In this document: one piece after another, positions 55,223 through 64,000 of the stretch
Position numbering within the stretch: the first letter of the stretch is position 1
Layout: every line of letters starts with the position of its first letter
NCBI GenBank assembly: GCA_030141605.1
Contig: JAQGDQ010000670.1
Coordinates: forward strand, 1-64,000
DNA: 64,000 bases
Origin: Tubiluchus corallicola
Taxonomy: Eukaryota > Animalia > Priapulida
Direction: 5' to 3'
Program-made: the position numbers and the translations under genes
The notes under the pieces: generated by a model
What the model was told of the DNA's origin: nothing
Seen by the model: only the letters and a program-made list of their open reading frames with translations
Database searches by the model: none

Positions 55223-56009
55223 AGAAAATAATGACATTCGTACAGAAAGAGAAACACTAATGTAATTAAAATGTACATAGATATTGTAAAAGAACTAACC
55301 CAAAATGATCTTATTGTAAATTGGTTATACAGGCGTACTGTTTATATACGAATGACATTAATGTAAGATTATTTATGTATGTATAAGCTACAACATATAC
55401 TATTTGTACATACAGTAAAACATGTATAAACATTGTACGCAAATATTAGATATGTAATTAGATTTAATAAATCGTAATGCAGAATTGTTAGCTTGTTTAG
55501 TAAGAAATTGTAAATGTGAAGAATTTAATGTAAAAATTTATTTAATGTACATAATGTAAACTTTTTTGTACTTATGTGCCCTGCAAATAGAGGGCTTATT
55601 GTATCATTTTCAATAAAGATTTTTAATAATAATTAATCAAGTCCTTACCATGCAATGCACTGTGGCTATGCACCACTGATATACATAGTGCTGCAAGTAG
55701 TTTGAATTGTTTGGAATATTTGTTTCTAAATCATGTCACTCGATGAATTAACAAGAATTCTTTTGCAGGCAAACAAACCAGTTACAATTTACCATAATTG
55801 GCTACTATGTTTTTTCTTGTGTGTCATCTTTTGATCTCACAGTCGATCCTTTCAGCAAATCTTTTGCAGCAACAGCTGCTGTAATAACTGCTAATGATGT
55901 ATGTTTAATTAGTGCTTTGGCAGTACTTTTCAGTAATCTAATACAGTCATACACATTAGCACTGTTAATGTTTTACACATTATATTACCCCAGAAACACC
56001 GTATACCCT

Positions 56010-56775
<766 letters not shown>

Positions 56776-57568
56776 CCTAGAGCACTCGCTTCTAATCCTA
56801 CACTGCACTCTAAATTCTAAAGTGGCTGTTATAATTGCAGAAAGGCCTTAGTAAATTGGAGTTTACGCATCTCATACAGTTGGTAATGTCTTAACGTCTT
56901 TGTCTTTGGCGCTACGCGGCAAATTCTCATGCTTACAAGGATTTCACTATTGACTATAAAATTAATTTTATAGACTAATACAGACTAATAAGACAACGGA
57001 CTAATAAAATTACTTTTCCTAGAGTTGAATGCGTTTTCGTATCATATAATAATAATTTGGGCGAATTGAAATGTTGCACTTGGGCAAATGAATTCACAAA
57101 ATTGTAATAAACAGAAATGCGAATTGCAGACATTAATAGTGTTAATATACACCTCAATTCCCTGTCACCTTTTCCCTTCTGATCTCACTTTCAAAACATT
57201 TCAAAACCTCATTCTATAGAATTCAATCCTGAATGGCAAAGTTCACTCACGGCGTAGCGAAACAAGTCGTACCATTTACCACAAAACCGTCTCGCTACAT
57301 GCTCGGTTTCCCTTTTTACTAAACCAGCAGCATAATTATGTTTTGGACAGAGAGCGTTACATTTTCTAGAAACTCCTAGCCTTGTGAGTATCGTTTGATC
57401 TCGCATTGTGAGCAGTGAGTTCACATATAATAGGCAAATCAAATAACAACAATGTGAATACAGAATTGTAACTGTGGATTTCGATTTGAGTCTGTTGAAC
57501 ACTTTTTGTTGCACTGTCCAATGTATCAACAAACTAGGGTTGTTATGTTTGATAAATTAAATTAAATA

Positions 57569-58178
57569 CTTCTGCCCGAAAACCTTAATATAGCTGCCTT
57601 AGGAAATAATGATCTGTTGAAGTTGTTATTATTCGGAAAAGATGAATTTAACTATGTTGCTAACTGTAAAATATTCCAATGCATACATGACTTTATATTA
57701 CGTACTAAACGCTTCCAGTAGTTTCTATCTGATATGAAATGCATCAGTCTTAAATATTCGTACATTAATATTTTCCAACCGTCATTTTCTACTAATCTCT
57801 AATGTAATCTTGTAGTAAAACTTGTCAGCTTGTGCAGTTATAATCTATTCTTACTGTAAATGTTACTAATGTCTAATGTAATCTTGTAGTAAAACTTGTC
57901 AGCTTGTGTAGTTACAGTCTATTCTTACTGTAAATGTTACTAATGTCTAATGTAATCTTGTAGTAAAACTTGTCAGCTTGTGTAGTTATAGTCTATTCTT
58001 ACTGTAAATGTTACTAATGTCTAATGTAATCTTGTAGTAAAACTTGTCAGGTTGTGTAGTTATAGTCTATTCTTACTGTAAATGTTCTTGTAAATAGAGT
58101 ATAAAGTCTGTTGTGGTGAGGATCCTAAATCATGTTGTTCAAACTGTCTGATCCAATCCTATAATAAATTATGTTTAA
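57569..58178 (+). mobile_element. LINE family C 3' fragment (copy 2) with internal 74 bp x4 array (57799-58086)
   Basis: Reverse complement of 40738-41130. CTAATGTAATCTTGTAGTAAAAC starts at 57799, 57873, 57947 and 58021. Confidence 0.9.
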
Positions 58179-58417
58179 GCTAATCAGAGCAAAAATCATC
58201 AGAAGCGTCATTAGAAATTTTTTCATTCGTTTAAATTAAATATAATAATAATTTTTTTTCTAATTTTTTGTTCAAATTTAACAGACGCCCTGGTACGTAG
58301 CAGTGGTATTGAGACTAATACTCAGGATTGCAAATGCCAAACATTTTCCCATAATCGTCATGATCATCATCATTATAATCATCGTTAATATGGCACTGTG
58401 TCCTCATCGATCTCATC

Positions 58418-58664
<247 letters not shown>

Positions 58665-59670
58665 TTTTATTTCTGAAAATCAAATTTCCAACATGAGAAT
58701 TACAAACTCGACGCATACTCGATGGTTTTATCAGCGGGCAGATCTCGGGTAATGATTTCCAGATCATATTAACAATTTGACTCAACATAGCTGCACAAAT
58801 TTATATACACAGATGTACAAATTTAGTTGTAAACTCTATGAAGCGAAAAAACTATTTACTAAGCATTTGTACACATGTGATAAACAAATATTTTACCTAT
58901 ATGATAATCACAGTGATGCGGTTACATGTTCGCTAAGAAAGCTGTACTATTTAATTCAAAAATCTATGCATACAGTCCGTAAATGAAATTTCCAATTGAC
59001 ATTAATTCTCCCTCAAATAAATTTGCAATATTATTATAATTTAACGCGTACAGTGATCTATAAAGTGCATAATCATCATCACCGCCATCAAACATGATCA
59101 ATGGCGTCACCACTGCACGTCCTCTTTCTTTCTTACAGTTGTTGATCTGTAATTGAATAGCGCGATTACACAAAGTTATTGTTTTATTGTAGAATCTAGC
59201 TGAAATTGGATCCGTTCCACGATCCATTAGTCTAATGAAACCGAAAGCTCAATGATTGTTCAGAAAGGCACTTAATTTGCTTTTGGGTTTGTCGAATGAA
59301 AATTAAAACTTCTCTGTCACCAAACCACTGCCTAAAAAAACAAGCAAAGATTACCAGATCTACTTTATACTGCAAAGAGTCGTGATGAATTTTAAACGCA
59401 AATATTCTTTATTACTCTGGTCATACTGGCAACATTCTCGACATTTCGTTACAGATGAATCACTAAAGAGAAAGATTCATCACGCTGTTGGCTTCTCTGC
59501 TGAAATAAAGGCTGAAATAAAGACAATAGTAAACTCAAAACTTTCATGTTGATAAATAAACACAGTTTCATGTTGACTACGAAAACACAGGCCCAGAAAG
59601 TCTATAACCCTTATGCAAATGGGATAGATAGACAGGTAGAGTTCGTTAACTGGTATGTAGTTGGGATGTA

Positions 59671-60199
59671 TTATTATTATTATTATAATTCTTTATTTAA
59701 AATTTATAATTGAACGCATATACAAATATTTACATAAAATACACACAGGGACCCTCTATTTGCAGGGTATGGTTAAAAAACTTTGTAAATAAAATAGCTG
59801 TTATATTCGCAAGACTTTTAAATACCAATAAATCAATATACCAATAAAAGAACAACTAAAATCAAATAGTACCAATTTACACAAATTTACACAAAACGAC
59901 CTGTATAATATAAAAGTTCAATATTTTATACTAAAGTTTGTAAAAACGGATCACAAACTAACTCAGTGAAAGCAACTAGCAGGTTTTTGTCACGAGAGGT
60001 ATAAATTTTACTAATGTTCTGAAATTGTAGGCTATTTGCGAGCGCTAATCTTTTATTTTCGTCGACCAAAGTACAATTAAAAAGCAAATGTTCAACTGTT
60101 TGTGCTTCCTCTGAGCATATACAGACATTTTCGTGTATGTATCCAATTTTAAAAAGAAAATCTTTAAAGTTACCTTGTCCTAATAAAATACTACGAGAC
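59671..60199 (-). mobile_element. 5'-truncated non-LTR element (I/R1/Nimb-like CCHC C-terminus) with 11 bp TSD
   Basis: LLGQGNFKDFLFKIGYIHENVCICSEEAQTVEHLLFNC, (TAA)n tail. TSD GTTGGGATGTA at 59660-59670 and 60200-60210. Confidence 0.85.
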
Positions 60200-60779
60200 G
60201 TTGGGATGTAGATGGACAGTAGATAGACAGTACCGTACCAGATGGGGTAGCCTGGGTAAATAAGTTGGCATAGTTAAATAGACTAGCTCAAATACGGTAG
60301 GCAAATTTTAGAACGAGGAGCTTTCGCTTTATCCTGTCACTGTAAAAGTTTTACCATATGATTCATCGTTTGAGCGTCTGAGTCAAGGATAATTTCCGAC
60401 TGTCTTTTCTACGTAAGTTTGTAATTGAAACCGATTGTCTCTTGCGAAACACAGAAAGTCTTCACCACAGACGGAATCAGTGATGGAAACGCTGGACATA
60501 TTCTGTGCTTCTTAATCAGATTAGACAGTCAACTGAGTAATGTTGTCAACAATTGGTAAGGCAGATCACGAACTTCATCTATACGGCTTTAAGCCAACGG
60601 GAATAAGAATGTGTAACAGATGTAATGATCATTGTGAAGAGAAAGTTTATATCGTAATTCACTCTTTCATTTCGAGAATTAGGGGTGATTGATGGATGGC
60701 TTCTCTAAATCCACAGAGATAAAAAAATCATTTGCTAATCTCGTCATTATATCTTTTTTCGTTTCTTGCTATTCGGATT

Positions 60780-61635
60780 AACTCTTTAATAAGAAAATTA
60801 ACATGTGTTCAGATGATGTTAAAATCATGCTGTTTACTGCTGCAGCGTTTACTTGTATGTCTTTATGGACTAATTATAGTAATTGCGTGATAAATAGGCT
60901 GCTTATTGCATACAACAGTGGTACCAGAAAACTGTTTCGCTTAAAGTACGATTGAAGTGCTCTTGGCATGTGCGTAAACCTATCTACGATTGCAGTGCTC
61001 CTGGTATGTGTGTAAATCTATCTACGATTGCAGTGCTCCTGGTATGTGTGTAAACCTATCTACGATTGCAGTGCTCCTGGTATGTGTGTAAACCTATCTA
61101 CGAATGCAGTGCTCTTGGCATGTGTGTAAACCTATCTACGAATGCAGTGCTCCTGGCATGTGTGTAAACCTATCTACGATTGCATTGCTCCTGGCATGTG
61201 TGTAAACCTATCTACGATTGCAGTGCTCCTGGCATGTGTGTAAACCTATCTACGATTGCAGTGCTCCTGGCATGTGTGTAAACCTATCTACGATTGCAGT
61301 GCTCCTGGCATGTGTGTAAACCTATCTCTACCACATTTTAGTCATATTCACGGAAGATCATGTTACAACGTTCGAAATATGTTACTACTGAACACTGGCA
61401 ATAGTATTATAACTGCTATTATGAACTCACATAGACTTGTCAATTTTTTTGTGACATGGAACGAATTATTACAAAATTAGCCTCTAAAATTTATTTGGCT
61501 TTTAATTTACTAACCCTGTATACATATATTTAGGCTTTTAGTTTTTCATTTCATTGTATTTTATTTCATTTTAGTATTGTATTTGTATTGTACATGGTCT
61601 TAGTTACCGAAATAAAAATTTTAATTGAAGTGAAT
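60780..61635 (+). mobile_element. Proto2/RTEX-like LINE 3' fragment containing a 38 bp x~10 array (60948-61326)
   Basis: LIRKLTC.SDDVKIMLF...LWTNYS...NRLLIAYNSGTRKLFRLKYD.SALGMCVNL then SLPHFSHI. The repeat unit is the YDCSAPGMCVNL coding stretch. Clade name tentative. Confidence 0.7.
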
Positions 61636-61804
61636 AGTCTTTTTTCCCATTTCCGTCTATTTCTTTCTTTCTGTTTTATTCACAGTTTCATAAGTCAACA
61701 TAAAAACAATATGAAACCCTAATGAGTGCCACATACCCTACTATACCTGTTTATATACGACACTAACAGATAAGATATTTAACAATATAATGTATAAGTA
61801 AGGT

Positions 61805-62340
61805 AGCAAGCAATTTATTGTCATTATAGAATAATACATACAATGAAATTTATATGGTTGTACGTACTGCAATAACTTATGGAAACAACAAGGAGAGTAA
61901 CACAAATAATTTAATCAGTTGTACAGTGGCATAGAAAATTAATATTGGAGATTTACTTAAATTTACTGTTGATTGTGCGAATTGAAAAGGGATAGAAAAG
62001 TTCTTGTGGTTTTAGCGTTAATTGAGGAATCTATCTAATTGAGGAATTGATTTTAGCGGAATCTACGACCAGAGGGGGGGAGCGTTTCAAAATATTTATT
62101 ACCTGGATGGAATGCATCTTTCATGATAACTTGCGCTCTCTTTGCGACCCTAGTTTTATACCAATGTGCCATAGATTGCTGTTCGATTCCTATAATTTCT
62201 GATTCAGATTTAATAAGTTGATCAAGAGCATTGTGATCTCCCTGCGTGGTAGCGCCATACCAAACAGTGAGGGATGTTATTAAGTTCACTGATTAGTTAA
62301 CAAATAGTTACAGATTCTTTCTATTTAGGAAACATTTAAA
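61805..62340 (-). mobile_element. Rex1/Babar-clade LINE 3' fragment
   Basis: ITSLTVWYGATTQGDHNALDQLIKSESEIIG...IMKDAFHPGNKYFETLPPSGRRFR is the characteristic Rex1 ORF2 C-terminus. Confidence 0.85.
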
Positions 62341-62995
62341 TATTAAATGACGTAGTCACAAATTGCAATTACATTTTTTATAGTCGCTCCCTACCAGAAG
62401 CAAATGCTTAGCATCAGTACTCATCTAGCATGCAATTGGTTCTTTGTGCTCAACCTTTCTTATTGCTGATTCGCCAATACATTAAGCGTAAGACCACGTG
62501 ACCTGCATCCTGAAATGTGGTTGGTTGGGTAGAATTAGGGAAGCTGATCGACATTGTCTTTTCGTTGACTGATCAAGAAACCCGTTTGGGAAATTTTAGA
62601 TTGAATAAATTAGTAAAATTCGATTAAATTCTTTATGTACAGCTATTTCGACTACAGGGAAAATCGTTAATGAAATTCAATCTAATGAGAAAAAAACGCA
62701 TAATCGTTATACTTTTCGTACCGACACATTCGCTAGTCGACCATCTCGAACGAACACGACACTAGAAGCGAATTTTGCCGCTTCTGCCGCACGTGGCTAC
62801 CGACAAATCAAGATAGATTACCTCAGCTTCACGAAACCTCCCGCGCTGCAGGGAAGAAAGCGTTAAATGAATGTGCACCAACAAGGTTGGTTTCAAGCTG
62901 TGATTTGAGATATGAAATCCTAAAATGTCGAAAATGTGCTGCTTAATAGCAGCTTCCACATATCAGTTAATGATAGGCCGATCAAGATTTTTTGG

Positions 62996-64000
62996 GTACC
63001 GAGTCGATCACAAGTCGATCAGTTTTGCTGTTCACCAATACCGATCGATCACGAGTCGATCAACTTTGCTGTTCACCAATACCGATCGATCACGAGCCGA
63101 TCAACTTTGTTGTTCACCAATACCGATCGATCACGAGGCGATCAACTTTGCTGTTCACCAATACCGATCGATTAAAAGTCGATCAACTTTGTTGTTCACC
63201 AATACCGATCGATCACGAGCCGATCAACTTTGCTGTTCACCAATACCGATCGATCACAAGTCGATCAACTTTGCTGTTCACCAATACCGATCGATCACAA
63301 GTCGATCAACTTTGTTGTCCACCAATACCGATCGATCACAAGCCGATCAACTTTGCTGTTCACCAATACCGATCGATCACGAGGCGATCAACTTTGCTGT
63401 TCACCAATACCGATCGATCACAAGTCGATCAACTTTGCTGTTCACCAATACCGATCAAACACGAGCCGATCAACTTTGCTGTTCACCAATACCGATCGAT
63501 CACAAGTCGATCAACTTTGCTGTTTCACCAATACCGATTGATCACAAGTCGATCAACTTTGTTGTTCACCAATATCGATCGATCACGAGCCGATCAACTT
63601 TGCTGTCCACCAATACCGATCGATCACGAGGCGATCAACTTTGCTGTTCACCAATACCGATCGATCACGAGGCGATCAACTTTGCTGTTCACCAATACCG
63701 ATCGATCACGAGCCGATCAACTTTGCTGTTCACCAATACCGATCGATCACAAGTCGATCAACTTTGCTGTTCACCAATACCGATCGATCACAAGGCGATC
63801 AACTTTGCTGTTCACCAATACCGATCGATCACGAGCCGATCAACTTTGCTGTTCACCAATACCGATCGATCACGAGCCGATCAACTTTGCTGTTCACCAA
63901 TACCGATCGATCACGAGGCGATCAACTTTGCTGTTCACCAATACCGATCGATCACGAGGCGATCAACTTTGCTGTTCACCAATACCGATCGATCACGAGC
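62996..64000. repeat. Minisatellite 41 bp x>=24, runs off window
   Basis: CGATCGATCACGAGCCGATCAACTTTGCTGTTCACCAATAC repeats, preceded by GATAGGCCGATCAAG resembling hAT-MITE subterminal CCGAT motifs. Confidence 0.96.

Overview
AT-rich, repeat-dense eukaryotic (animal, probably invertebrate) genomic DNA, not prokaryotic. Nearly all ORFs in the supplied track are artefacts of micro/minisatellites. The only host gene I can support is on the minus strand and is missed by the ORF track. A signal-peptide exon (25479-25573) splices in phase 1 across a ~16.8 kb intron to an exon encoding the first half of an Ig domain (8518-8639; PEFTSALKDVTVKEGQTAEFKCHVAFLG), resembling lachesin/DIP/IgLON adhesion molecules. 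The gene appears to continue off the left edge, and a candidate upstream exon/promoter lies near 50.0-50.7 kb. The rest is intron or intergenic sequence holding 5'-truncated LINEs of several clades (CR1/L2, RTE, RTEX, Rex1, Proto2-like, CCHC-type), a Tc1 fragment, MITE-like DNA elements, a solo LTR, a tRNA-derived SINE, about a dozen minisatellite arrays and over 20 microsatellites. Most notable: (i) a ~500 bp internally deleted RTE with TSD whose 5' end begins exactly at the cleavage site of a twister ribozyme; (ii) a degenerate Penelope-type hammerhead ~300 bp away; (iii) in-window 'before/after' pairs showing minisatellites arising inside LINE copies; (iv) a solo LTR carrying heat-shock-like elements. 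All family assignments are from motif recognition by eye; no searches were run.
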